A stretch of 32,000 nucleotides of DNA, from contig JBBMFB010000009.1 in NCBI GenBank assembly GCA_040096245.1, positions 1 to 32,000 on the forward strand, given 5' to 3'. The DNA is from Waltera hominis. Lineage in GTDB: Bacteria > Bacillota > Clostridia > Lachnospirales > Lachnospiraceae. Each line of letters opens with the position of its first letter. The first letter of the stretch is position 1. The translations under genes and the position numbers were made by a program. Positions 6,602 through 14,935 of this stretch are shown one piece after another. Under the pieces are notes generated by a model. It saw only the letters and a program-made list of their open reading frames with translations, had not been told where the DNA came from and did no database searches.

Positions 6602-6674
6602 TGCACCGCCAGGGGCTCGAACCCTGGACACCCTGATTAAGAGTCAGGTGCTCTACCAACTGAGCTAGCGGTGC
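6602..6674 (-). tRNA. tRNA-Lys: tRNA-Lys (anticodon CTT), 73 nt, CCA not encoded
   Basis: The reverse complement folds as a cloverleaf. Acceptor GCACCGC/GCGGTGC, D arm GCTC-AGTTGGTA-GAGC, anticodon arm CCTGA-CTCTTAA-TCAGG, variable loop GTGTC, T arm CAGGG-TTCGAGC-CCCTG, discriminator A, followed by CTC. Confidence 0.92.
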
Positions 6675-6716
6675 ATTTTCTGTGTCGTTGTTATGTCTCC
6701 CGCAACGACAAGACAT

Positions 6717-6745
6717 ATATTATCACATGGTTTTCAAGAATGCAA
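6717..6745 (-). promoter_or_regulatory. Sigma-70-type promoter for tRNA-Lys
   Basis: On the minus strand, TTGCAT (6745-6740), a 17-nt spacer, then TAATAT (6722-6717), ~40 nt upstream of the tRNA 5' end. Confidence 0.5.
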
Positions 6746-6802
6746 GTACTTTTTGAAAAAAATTTAAATATTTTTTTCGATTTATTTGTACAATAGGTGA
6801 AA

Positions 6803-7249
6803 TTACTGTTTTTTACGGGCTTCCTGGCACTTTTTGCAGTAGCCGTACAGCTCTAATTTGTGTCCGGTGACAGTGAAGTCTCCGGTATCCTGCTCTAAAT
6901 GCACATGTGCAAAGGGGCAGCTGGGCAGCGGAATCCGCTTATGACATTCCAGGCAGACCGCATAATGGGTATGTTCCCCGCGGTTCAATTCGTATACTAC
7001 GGTACCGTCTCCCATGAACGTAGTCTTCTCTACCATTCCGTGTTCTTCAAATGTTGCCAGAATCCGGTAGATCGTGGATACAGCATAATCGCTGCCTTCG
7101 TGATCTCTCTCAATACGATTGTAAATCTGTACGGCACTGAGGGGCTCGGCAGCTTCCTCCAGCACCTGATATACGCATTTTCTCTGTTTGGTCCATTTTA
7201 ATCCCTTGGGATAAGAAATATCATTGTGTTCACATTTATGTTCTTCCAT
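6803..7249 (-). CDS. Fur-family metalloregulator (Zur/Mur-like), 148 aa
   Basis: Winged-helix N-domain (KWTKQRKCVYQVLEE..LSAVQIYNRI), HTHY motif, and two CxxC pairs (CLEC, CKKC). It is the second gene of an operon with a metal permease. Confidence 0.8.
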   Translation of the reverse strand: MEEHKCEHNDISYPKGLKWTKQRKCVYQVLEEAAEPLSAVQIYNRIERDHEGSDYAVSTIYRILATFEEHGMVEKTTFMGDGTVVYELNRGEHTHYAVCLECHKRIPLPSCPFAHVHLEQDTGDFTVTGHKLELYGYCKKCQEARKKQ

Positions 7250-7412
7250 AGATATCTGTCCTTTTATATCGCGATCTCGAGGACGCAGTGCTTTCCACCT
7301 CGAAACACTTCGTGTTCCTCGCTGGACGGGCGTCGCCCTATCAAAATTGGATCTGCCTCTTATGCCTGCAAGCAGTCAAAGAGTCAGCTCTCAATTTTGG
7401 CACTGCTCGTGC

Positions 7413-8294
7413 CTACAACCAGTTTATCACAATTCCTGTCAAAACACCAATCACATACAAAATTCCCATGATTTTCAGATTTTCCTTTTTATCCGGATTC
7501 ACACGGAACAACACCAGCAGTCCTACTCCCGCGCCTACCAGCAATCCGGACATCATGGCTCCAAGGCTGATCACACCACTGATATACAATTGCGTTATGG
7601 TCACAGATGCTGCACAGTTGGGAATCAATCCCACCAATCCTGCCAGCACAGGTCCCAGTACGGGACGATTCAGGATCAGACCGGTCAGAACATCTTCTCC
7701 CACAAAATGCAGTGCTGTGTTCAGAACAAATCCAATGACTATAATGAAAAAGGTAATGTGAAGCGTATGCTTTACCGCAGACAGAAAAATGCCATCCTCT
7801 TCACAATGGCAGTTCTCATGCTCACAGATTTCATGAATGTGCTCTTCCTCTTCATGGTCATTTTCCCCATGCCCGTGAACATGGTCATGAGGATGTATCT
7901 TCCTCTCACGGACCAACAGATCGATCACAAACCCGGCTATGGCACCAATGGCTGCTTTCGCTCCCAGCACGCCCAGTACAAAGCGGATATCCATTTTCTC
8001 CGAAATCAGGATCGGCAGCATCTCATCAGAGGTGGACAGATAAATGGCTATCAGTGTTCCCAGGGTGATCACCCTGCCTGCATATAAGTTGGATGCTGCT
8101 GCTGAGAATCCACACTGCGGCAGCACACCTGCCACGCCACCGATCAACGGTCCCATTTTACCTGCTTTACGCACCATATGTGTGGTCTTCTCGCCGGCCT
8201 TATGCTCCAGATATTCCATAGCCAGATAGGTCAGGAACAAAAATGGCACCAGCTTTATACTATCTATTAAAGTATCTAAAATAACTTCCGACAT
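7413..8294 (-). CDS. Polytopic metal permease of the 'putative manganese transporter'/ArsP_2-like family, with a His/Glu/Cys-rich cytoplasmic loop, 293 aa
   Basis: N-terminus ILDTLIDSIKLVPFLFLTYLAMEYLEHK and motif GVLPQCGFSAAASNLY..G.ITLGTLIAIYLSTSDE, repeated in the second half (GLIPNCAASV). Central loop HPHDHVHGHGENDHEEEEHIHEICEHENCHCEED. Confidence 0.65.
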   Translation of the reverse strand: MSEVILDTLIDSIKLVPFLFLTYLAMEYLEHKAGEKTTHMVRKAGKMGPLIGGVAGVLPQCGFSAAASNLYAGRVITLGTLIAIYLSTSDEMLPILISEKMDIRFVLGVLGAKAAIGAIAGFVIDLLVRERKIHPHDHVHGHGENDHEEEEHIHEICEHENCHCEEDGIFLSAVKHTLHITFFIIVIGFVLNTALHFVGEDVLTGLILNRPVLGPVLAGLVGLIPNCAASVTITQLYISGVISLGAMMSGLLVGAGVGLLVLFRVNPDKKENLKIMGILYVIGVLTGIVINWL

Positions 8295-8347
8295 AACTCT
8301 TACCTTTCCATACTTTCTTTATCAAATGAATACTTAATCATATATTT

Positions 8348-8384
8348 GTTCTAAATGCAAATGAGTTGCATTTGCATTTAGAAC
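8348..8384. promoter_or_regulatory. Perfect 16-bp inverted repeat, candidate Fur-family operator overlapping the -10
   Basis: GTTCTAAATGCAAATG-agttg-CATTTGCATTTAGAAC. It overlaps the minus-strand -10 TATAGT (8388-8383). Confidence 0.6.
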
Positions 8385-8410
8385 TATAACACATTTTTTC
8401 ATATTGTCAA
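8383..8410 (-). promoter_or_regulatory. Sigma-70-type promoter of the metal permease/Fur operon
   Basis: On the minus strand, TTGACA (8410-8405), a 16-nt spacer, then TATAGT (8388-8383). Confidence 0.55.
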
Positions 8411-8502
8411 TATTTTAATTATAAAAAATGCGCTATGCTATGATAAGCTACGAAAAGCAAGAGATGCCCACCCGGGCAAAAGCCAGCCGGTATACCGTCT
8501 TA

Positions 8503-9876
8503 TTATTGCAATTCGATCAATCCTTTTTTCTTCCATGCTCCGCTCCGCCAGCGCAACATCATGCCGACCGCACGGCTACATTCATCTGCTGTCAGACCGA
8601 TATAAGCACCCACTACTGCCAGATGCAGCTGTATCCCCAACAGATACGTTCCTCCCGCTGCACACAAAAACATGAAAACAGCTCCGAGGATCACCGGAAA
8701 TACAGCATCTCCACTGGTTTTCAGTGCATTTCCGTATACCAGATTTGTTACTCGTCCGGCTTCCAGGGCAATATCAATAAACATCAGCTTCTGCACTAGT
8801 TCTACCATACTCTTATCCTGCGTGAAAAAAGAGATCAGGACCGGGGCACTGACTGCAAACAGAAATTCTGTTCCCATCGCCAGTACCGCTCCGATCGCCG
8901 CAGATTTTTTAGTCTGCTTATCACATATTTCATATTTTCCCGCACCCATGTACCATCCGGTCATAATGGCATTCGCCTGGGCAAGCGCACTTCCCACACA
9001 AAAGGATAAATTTGTGATCTGTGCCGTATAGGAGCGGGCAGCCACATTGATTCCCTCCGTATCCATCTGGTTCAGAAAACGGATCACCAGTGTCATCGCT
9101 ACATTATAAATAATATTTTCCAAAGCAGACGGCAATCCGATCCGGATGATCTTCCGCAAAATCTCTCCGGAATTTACCCTCTCCGAATATTTTTTTGCAG
9201 GGATCAGCCGCCCTACAAAGATCACTATCAATATCAGATTCACTACTTTGGAGATCACTGTTGCGGATGCAACCCCCTGCACGCCGAGGTGGAAACGAAA
9301 CAGAAACACGGCATTTAATATAAAGTTCAGAATATTACCTGTCACAGTTGCGATCAGGGGCTGTTTCGTATATCCGAACGCACGCAGATATCCTGCCAGT
9401 ATGGGAATCATTGCGTTCAATATGCTTCCGCCTCCTACGATCCGCAGATATTGTACAGCAGGCTCCTTCAATGCCGGTGCAATACCTACCACATACAGAA
9501 TCCCATCGGAACAGAAAAACAAAAATACAGACATCACAACACCCAGGATCCCATTAAACCATAATCCCAGAGTCTTTGCCTGACAGGCGATCCCCGGTCT
9601 GCCCGCACCGATATTCTGTGTCATCACAGCCAGCATTCCCATAGAAACTACCGAATACATAATAATAAATACACCGATATAAGTATTTGCTGTTCCGACT
9701 GCTCCGACTGCCTGATCTCCCACAGAAGAAAGCATTAAGGTATCCACCATTCCGGACAACATGTAAAAGATCGTCTCCAGGCACAGTGGTACAAATAATT
9801 GAAATAATGACTTATTCTGTCCTTCCATCGTAGGTTTTATATCCTTTCTGCGGTTCCTAAAAATTTTCATTTTCAT
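8503..9876 (-). CDS. MATE-family multidrug/toxin efflux transporter, 457 aa. The start may instead be Met17 at 9828.
   Basis: 12-TM profile. N-terminus LFVPLCLETIFYMLSGMVDTLMLSSVGDQAVGAVG and the internal repeat IIRIGLPSALENIIYNV are typical MatE repeats. Confidence 0.85.
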   Translation of the reverse strand: MKMKIFRNRRKDIKPTMEGQNKSLFQLFVPLCLETIFYMLSGMVDTLMLSSVGDQAVGAVGTANTYIGVFIIMYSVVSMGMLAVMTQNIGAGRPGIACQAKTLGLWFNGILGVVMSVFLFFCSDGILYVVGIAPALKEPAVQYLRIVGGGSILNAMIPILAGYLRAFGYTKQPLIATVTGNILNFILNAVFLFRFHLGVQGVASATVISKVVNLILIVIFVGRLIPAKKYSERVNSGEILRKIIRIGLPSALENIIYNVAMTLVIRFLNQMDTEGINVAARSYTAQITNLSFCVGSALAQANAIMTGWYMGAGKYEICDKQTKKSAAIGAVLAMGTEFLFAVSAPVLISFFTQDKSMVELVQKLMFIDIALEAGRVTNLVYGNALKTSGDAVFPVILGAVFMFLCAAGGTYLLGIQLHLAVVGAYIGLTADECSRAVGMMLRWRSGAWKKKGLIELQ

Positions 9877-9882
9877 TTTACA

Positions 9883-9909
9883 ACTATTCAGAATACTATT
9901 CCGAATAGT
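9883..9909. promoter_or_regulatory. Overlapping 7-1-7 palindromes immediately upstream of the MATE ORF
   Basis: ACTATTC-a-GAATACT followed by ACTATTC-c-GAATAGT, sharing a half-site. Equivalently, a 12-bp direct repeat actattc(a/c)gaat x2. Confidence 0.45.
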
Positions 9910-10043
9910 CTCTTCAATTTTTACATATTACTACTTTATCTTTCCTAAAACTTGCATTTTTACCACAGAAAATTGACTTATTTCTACTTTTATAGTAATC
10001 TGACCATAATATCCTCTGCTCCACTTCACAGAAAGGCCTGCCT

Positions 10044-10907
10044 ATGTACCCTGAATTAAGAGAAGAACGCATTCACGGAACAAAAGAATTTCCTTTTAGC
10101 TGTTATCACCTGCATGATATGCCTGCTTTTTTTCAAATTCCTGTCCACTGGCATCCGGAGGTCGAGATCATATATGTCCGCTCCGGCTCTCTTAAGATCA
10201 TCATTGAAGGAGAAGAATACGAAGCGGCCGGCGGCTCCGTCTATTTTGTAAATCCCGGTGAACTTCATTTTATGGGTTCCGCAATTCCGGGCGTAGACTA
10301 TCATACCCTGCTGTTCCCACTGGAATTTATTTCCTTTCAGACGGATGATCTGTTGGAAACGGAGTTTCTCCTTCCCTTGCGTAACCATAAATTGCTTTTG
10401 CATCATAATCTTTCCCACGAAAAAAGCTGTCCTGACATCATTTCTCTCATCCGTGAGATTCTGTCTGTCAGACAGCTTCCAAATACATTGAGCGGGCATT
10501 TCCGATTACGTATTTTATTGTTGTCACTTATCCAAAAAATTGCTTCCTGCGGAACCATTAACCCAATGGGCTCCAAAAGGAACGATCCGATGCAGCGTGA
10601 GATACTGACTTATCTGCAGTATAACTACACGGAACCCCTTCGATTGGAAACCCTGGCAGAGCAATTTCATTTATCCGAAAAATATTTGTCCCGCTATTTT
10701 AAGCAGCATTTTCATCTGACTCTGACGCAATACCTGATGCATCTGAGGCTGACCCATGCCTGCCATCTGTTAGAGAGCACCTCTCTGCCGGTTACAGAGG
10801 TTGCCCTGCAGTCCGGCTTCCCCAACGTGAGTCATTTTATCCGCTGCTTTCATAGGACATATCAGATGTCTCCGCTGCAATATCGTAAACAGCTGCCCTA
10901 TCAATGA
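10044..10907 (+). CDS. AraC-family transcriptional regulator (cupin sensor plus dual HTH), 287 aa
   Basis: N-terminal cupin-like segment (HWHPEVEIIYVRSGSL..GELHF). C-terminal AraC HTH pair (LAEQFHLSEKYLSRYFK...VALQSGFPNVSHFIRCFHRTYQMSPLQYRK). Confidence 0.85.
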   Translation: MYPELREERIHGTKEFPFSCYHLHDMPAFFQIPVHWHPEVEIIYVRSGSLKIIIEGEEYEAAGGSVYFVNPGELHFMGSAIPGVDYHTLLFPLEFISFQTDDLLETEFLLPLRNHKLLLHHNLSHEKSCPDIISLIREILSVRQLPNTLSGHFRLRILLLSLIQKIASCGTINPMGSKRNDPMQREILTYLQYNYTEPLRLETLAEQFHLSEKYLSRYFKQHFHLTLTQYLMHLRLTHACHLLESTSLPVTEVALQSGFPNVSHFIRCFHRTYQMSPLQYRKQLPYQ

Positions 10908-11788
10908 TCGTTTTCAAGAGCTCTTCTTGCAAGCTCCAGACATCCCATGATGCCCTGATCATCGTGAAGAGATGCCGGCACCACATAATGCTCCATGTCT
11001 GCAAGTTCATCCGTTACGATATAGCCATTGATATATTCCTTAAGTTTCTTGCGAATGAGCGGGAACAACTGCTCCTGGTGCATGACACCGCCGCCTAAAA
11101 TGATCATTTCCGGAGATACCGTCATGACATAGCCGGTCAGCGCCTGAGCAATGTAATCTGCCTCCAGCTCCCATACTTCCGGGCAATCTGCCAAGTCCAC
11201 TGCTTTCCTGCCCCAGCGTTCTTCGATGGCAGGACCTGCCGCCAGACCTTCCAGACAATTCTTATGATAAGGACATCTTCCGGCATAAGTATCTGCGGTC
11301 CGCTTCGTGATCAACACATGTCCTGTCTCCGGATGGAGCATTCCGTGATGCAGCTCTCCGTTACTATAAATACCACCGCCGACACCGGTACCGATGGTCA
11401 GATACATGACACACTTTTTCCCTTGTGCCTGTCCGAAAGTCACTTCACCGAGGACGGAACCATTCACATCCGTATCGAATCCCACGGGGCAATGAAGTGC
11501 CTCCTGCATCTGCCCAACAATATCGCAGTCCCTCCAGGCCAGCTTTGGCGTGGTTGTGATATAACCGTATTTTTCGGAATCTCTGTCCAGCTCAATAGGC
11601 CCGAAACAGGCAATTCCCAATGCATCGATCCCCTTGTCCCTAAAATAGGCAATCATCTTAGGAATCGTCTCCTTAGGCGTAGTTGTAGGAATCGATACCT
11701 GTTCATAAATTGTACCATTCTCATCCCCAATAGCGCAGACCATTTTTGTACCGCCGGCTTCCAATGCACCCAGACGTAATTTTGCCAT
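10901..11788 (-). CDS. ROK-family fructokinase (GmuE/YdhR/Mak-like), 295 aa
   Basis: EAGGTKMVCAIG, FGPIELD, DTDVNGSVLGE, LTIGTGVGGG, the Zn motif HPETGH...CPYHKNCLEGLAAGPAIEERWG, and ILGGGVM. Near-colinear with the B. subtilis YdhR-type fructokinase as I recall it. Confidence 0.85.
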   Translation of the reverse strand: MAKLRLGALEAGGTKMVCAIGDENGTIYEQVSIPTTTPKETIPKMIAYFRDKGIDALGIACFGPIELDRDSEKYGYITTTPKLAWRDCDIVGQMQEALHCPVGFDTDVNGSVLGEVTFGQAQGKKCVMYLTIGTGVGGGIYSNGELHHGMLHPETGHVLITKRTADTYAGRCPYHKNCLEGLAAGPAIEERWGRKAVDLADCPEVWELEADYIAQALTGYVMTVSPEMIILGGGVMHQEQLFPLIRKKLKEYINGYIVTDELADMEHYVVPASLHDDQGIMGCLELARRALENDH

Positions 11789-12013
11789 ATAAACTCCCTT
11801 CCTTTCCAGATTCTGTCTGTCAAATATATCCTGAGCTTTTCCTTCGGATTCTGCTCTCTGTGGTTAGTATAGCAAATCCTTTTCTCTCTGTTAATATCAA
11901 TTTTTATGGAGTTTCTCTCTCTTTTTAATTTTCTCTTTTCCGGGGAATCTTTCCTATGATATACTTGTTATACTGTTCTCAGTTACACACAAATTGCAGG
12001 AGGTTATATCACA

Positions 12014-12862
12014 ATGAAAAAAATATGGATCGTCGGTTCCCTCGGTCACATGGGGCAGGCGTTGATCAGGTTGTTAGACATGATGGAATATGAATTATAC
12101 GAAACCGATAAGGACGAGCTGGATATCACGGATGAACATGCAGTTTCCCTGTTCATGCATCGCAATCGTCCCGATGTCGTCATCAACTGTGCAGGATATC
12201 ATCCTTCCGCCGGTGCAGCGCAGTCGGAGACAGATATGGCTTACAAGGTAAACGCCGTAGGTGCGAGAAATCTGGCGCAGTCTGCGGAGAGCATTCAGGC
12301 AAAACTCATACAGATCTCTACGGATGATGTATTTTCCAGCGCATCCGACACACCCTATAATGAGTTCGATGATGTAAATCCCGTAGGACTGTTTGCAAAA
12401 TCCAAATACGCCGGAGAGAAATTCGTCATCCAGCTGATGACCCGCTATGTCATTATCCGCAGTTCCTGGATCTATGGCATCGGCAAAGACTTTTTGAATG
12501 AAGTACTCGAAGCTGCCGCGGACCCTCAGGTATCCACTATGGAACTGCTAAATAACGACCGTGCGGTACCTACCTCCGCTGCAGAGCTTGCCCGGGTGGT
12601 AAAATTTTTCATCGACAACGACCATTACGGTATCTATCACGCCGTATGCGGCGGCGGTTCCTGCACACGCCTGGAATTCGCGAAAGAGATCCTGCGTCTT
12701 GCCGGAAAAGAGGACCGGCTTACCGTCACAGTAAAAGACGGCACCCCGGAGAAATATTCCGTACTGGACAATATGATGCTGCGTCTCACCGGCATCGAAG
12801 AACCCAGTGGCTGGAGAGAGACGCTGGCTTCCTACATGAAAGAAACCGGAGGACTGGAATAG
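12014..12862 (+). CDS. RmlD-like (dTDP-4-dehydrorhamnose reductase fold) NAD(P)-binding protein with the catalytic Tyr replaced by Phe, 282 aa
   Basis: GSLGHMG Rossmann motif, ELDITD, RPDVVINCAG, ISTDDVF, then GLFAKSKYAGEK where RmlD has NVYGKTKLAGEK, then RSSWIYG. There are no rmlA/B/C neighbours. Confidence 0.7.
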   Translation: MKKIWIVGSLGHMGQALIRLLDMMEYELYETDKDELDITDEHAVSLFMHRNRPDVVINCAGYHPSAGAAQSETDMAYKVNAVGARNLAQSAESIQAKLIQISTDDVFSSASDTPYNEFDDVNPVGLFAKSKYAGEKFVIQLMTRYVIIRSSWIYGIGKDFLNEVLEAAADPQVSTMELLNNDRAVPTSAAELARVVKFFIDNDHYGIYHAVCGGGSCTRLEFAKEILRLAGKEDRLTVTVKDGTPEKYSVLDNMMLRLTGIEEPSGWRETLASYMKETGGLE

Positions 12863-14139
12863 TGGAAAAACACGAAAAAGAAAAGAAAAAACTCGGTCTG
12901 TCCACCAAAATCTTTATCGCCCTTTTAACCGGTGCGGTATGTGGTGTGCTGATCCATTATTATATGCCGGAAGGGTACTTTAGAGATACGATTCTGATCA
13001 ACGGTATTCTCTATGTACTGGGCAACGGTTTTATCCGCCTGATGCAGATGCTGGTGGTTCCTCTGGTATTCTGCTCCCTGGTCTGCGGCGCCATGGCCAT
13101 CGGTGACACGAAAACGTTGGGAACTGTGGGTGTGAAAACGATCCTGTTCTATCTGTGCACCACTGCTTTGGCGATCTGCGTGGCACTGGGCATTGCCAGT
13201 CTGATCAATCCCGGCGTTGGCTTAAATATTGCGTTGCCGGAGGATGCCACCGAAGTCGCGACCACCCAGGTAGATTTTGCGGAGACGTTGTTAAATATTA
13301 TTCCGAAAAATATTTTTACCTCTCTGTCCGCCGGAGATATGCTGCCGATCATCTTCTTTGCTTTATTTGTCGGCATTCTTCTGGCTGCCATGGGCAACCG
13401 GGTCTCCACTGTGGCGAACTTTTTCAGTCAGTTCAATGACATTATGATGGAAATGACGATTGCAGTCATGAAAGCAGCCCCTGTCGGTGTCTTCTGCCTG
13501 ATCGCCAAGACCTTCGCAGGTATCGGCTTCGACGCTTTTGTGCCTATGCTGAAGTATATGGGAAGTGTCATTCTGGCACTGGCAGTACAGTGTTTCGTGG
13601 TATATCAGGTCATGCTGTTTGCCTTCACCCGGTTGAATCCTTTTAAGTTTATTAAAAAGTTCTTCCCGGTTATGACCTTTGCCTTCTCCACTTCCACCAG
13701 TAATGCGACGATCCCTCTGTCTATCGACACTCTGTATAAAAAAATCGGTGTCTCCAAACAGATTTCGTCCTTTACGATTCCTCTGGGTGCCACCATTAAC
13801 ATGGACGGTACTTCCATTATGCAGGGCGTAGCAGTTGTTTTCATAGCACAGGCTTACGGTATTCCTCTGACCCCGGCTGCCATTGCTACTGTCATTGCCA
13901 CCGCGACGATCGCCTCCATCGGTACTGCCGGTGTCCCCAGTGTCGGTCTGGTCACCCTGTCCATGGTACTGACTTCTGTAGGACTGCCTACCGAGGGCAT
14001 TGCGCTGATCATGGGTATCGACCGTATTCTGGATATGCTGCGTACTGCTGTCAATATCACCGGTGATGCCGTATGTACCACTATCGTGGCTAAGCAGCAG
14101 GGTGCCTTTAATGAGAATACTTTCCGGGCAGATAACTGA
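12862..14139 (+). CDS. Dicarboxylate/amino acid:cation symporter (DAACS / sodium:dicarboxylate symporter family), ~425 aa
   Basis: GTG at 12862 overlaps the upstream TAG (12860-12862) and is preceded by ggagg. The upstream part of track ORF 12646.. lies inside the RmlD-like gene. Motifs: LRLMQMLVVPLVF, STSTSNATIPL, GATINMDGTSI, VGLPTEGIALIMGIDRILDM.RTAVNITGD. Confidence 0.85.
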   Translation: MEKHEKEKKKLGLSTKIFIALLTGAVCGVLIHYYMPEGYFRDTILINGILYVLGNGFIRLMQMLVVPLVFCSLVCGAMAIGDTKTLGTVGVKTILFYLCTTALAICVALGIASLINPGVGLNIALPEDATEVATTQVDFAETLLNIIPKNIFTSLSAGDMLPIIFFALFVGILLAAMGNRVSTVANFFSQFNDIMMEMTIAVMKAAPVGVFCLIAKTFAGIGFDAFVPMLKYMGSVILALAVQCFVVYQVMLFAFTRLNPFKFIKKFFPVMTFAFSTSTSNATIPLSIDTLYKKIGVSKQISSFTIPLGATINMDGTSIMQGVAVVFIAQAYGIPLTPAAIATVIATATIASIGTAGVPSVGLVTLSMVLTSVGLPTEGIALIMGIDRILDMLRTAVNITGDAVCTTIVAKQQGAFNENTFRADN

Positions 14140-14183
14140 TCACCCATTTACAACTTTTCAGACGGCTGCCACCGTATAAAAAT

Positions 14184-14238
14184 AAGTGAAACATTCTGTC
14201 TTGTGCTCAAGTGCACCGTCAGAAGTTTCACTTTTTTA
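14184..14238. terminator. Bidirectional rho-independent terminator between the convergent symporter and trkA genes
   Basis: aagtgaaac (14184-14192) pairs gtttcactt (14225-14233), with an A-run upstream and a T-run downstream. Confidence 0.65.
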
Positions 14239-14253
14239 TAGCTCGCAGCTATT

Positions 14254-14904
14254 CTATTTCAGTTTATTGAGTTTTGCCCGGTTGGCAATAACGATCAGCC
14301 GCATATCCTGTGTCAGAGGTTCTTCCGGATCGATATTGGTATTTACATTTTTTCCTTCGATGATCGCCACCACGTTAATGGAATATTTTTTCCGCAGATT
14401 CAGTTCAATCAGGTTCTTCCCGATCCACTGCTGTTTCACTTCCAGTTCCACCATAGACACATCCTGGGACAATTCGATAATGTCCATGAAACCGGAGCTT
14501 AACAGATTTTTGGCCAGGTGGATCCCTGACTCACTCTCGGGGAATACTACACGGTCTGCTCCTACTTTCGTAAGTATCTTGCAGTTTATCTCAGTGGCGC
14601 ATTTGGCGATAACGGTCTTTACGCCCAGTTCTTTACACAGCATGGTTGCCATAACACTGGCTTCCAGATGATTTGCCATGGTCACAATGACCACATCAAT
14701 ATTCGCAATACCGATCTGTCTCAACGCTTCCGGATCTGTAACATCTGCACATTTACAGTATGGAATCTCTGAGATTACCGCATTGACAACTGCCTCTCTA
14801 TTGTCTACCGCCACCACCTCTGCGCCGTTCTCTGCCAACTCCTTCGCCACACTTCTTCCATATCTTCCAAGTCCAAATACTGCATAGGTCTGATTGATTC
14901 CCAT
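14254..14904 (-). CDS. trkA: TrkA/KtrA-type K+ uptake regulatory subunit (RCK_N plus RCK_C), 216 aa
   Basis: VFGLGRYGRSVAKEL Rossmann motif plus a C-terminal TrkA_C-like domain. Immediately downstream of trkH. Confidence 0.85.
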   Translation of the reverse strand: MGINQTYAVFGLGRYGRSVAKELAENGAEVVAVDNREAVVNAVISEIPYCKCADVTDPEALRQIGIANIDVVIVTMANHLEASVMATMLCKELGVKTVIAKCATEINCKILTKVGADRVVFPESESGIHLAKNLLSSGFMDIIELSQDVSMVELEVKQQWIGKNLIELNLRKKYSINVVAIIEGKNVNTNIDPEEPLTQDMRLIVIANRAKLNKLK

Positions 14905-14935
14905 AGTCTCTTCCTTCCTGTTGCTTCGATCTGCT

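Noticed and set aside
7224-8087. 287-aa plus-strand ORF (with 7226..7471 and 7288..7761) overlapping the metal permease gene
   Set aside because: It lies entirely antisense to a permease with clear family motifs. The translation is low-complexity (H/Q/S/C-rich), has no RBS and shows no recognisable domain. It is a typical shadow ORF.
10901-10907. Convergent genes with overlapping stop regions and no terminator (AraC/ROK at 10901-10907; K+ channel/DUF4340 at 22138-22141)
   Set aside because: The overlaps are real, but this is common in compact bacterial genomes. Nothing else in the sequence marks these sites as special.
12646-12861. N-terminal 72-codon extension of the symporter ORF in the track (start 12646)
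   Set aside because: The extension lies inside the RmlD-like gene in another frame and translates to an Arg/His-rich non-membrane sequence. GTG 12862, with a GGAGG RBS, gives a normal DAACS N-terminus.
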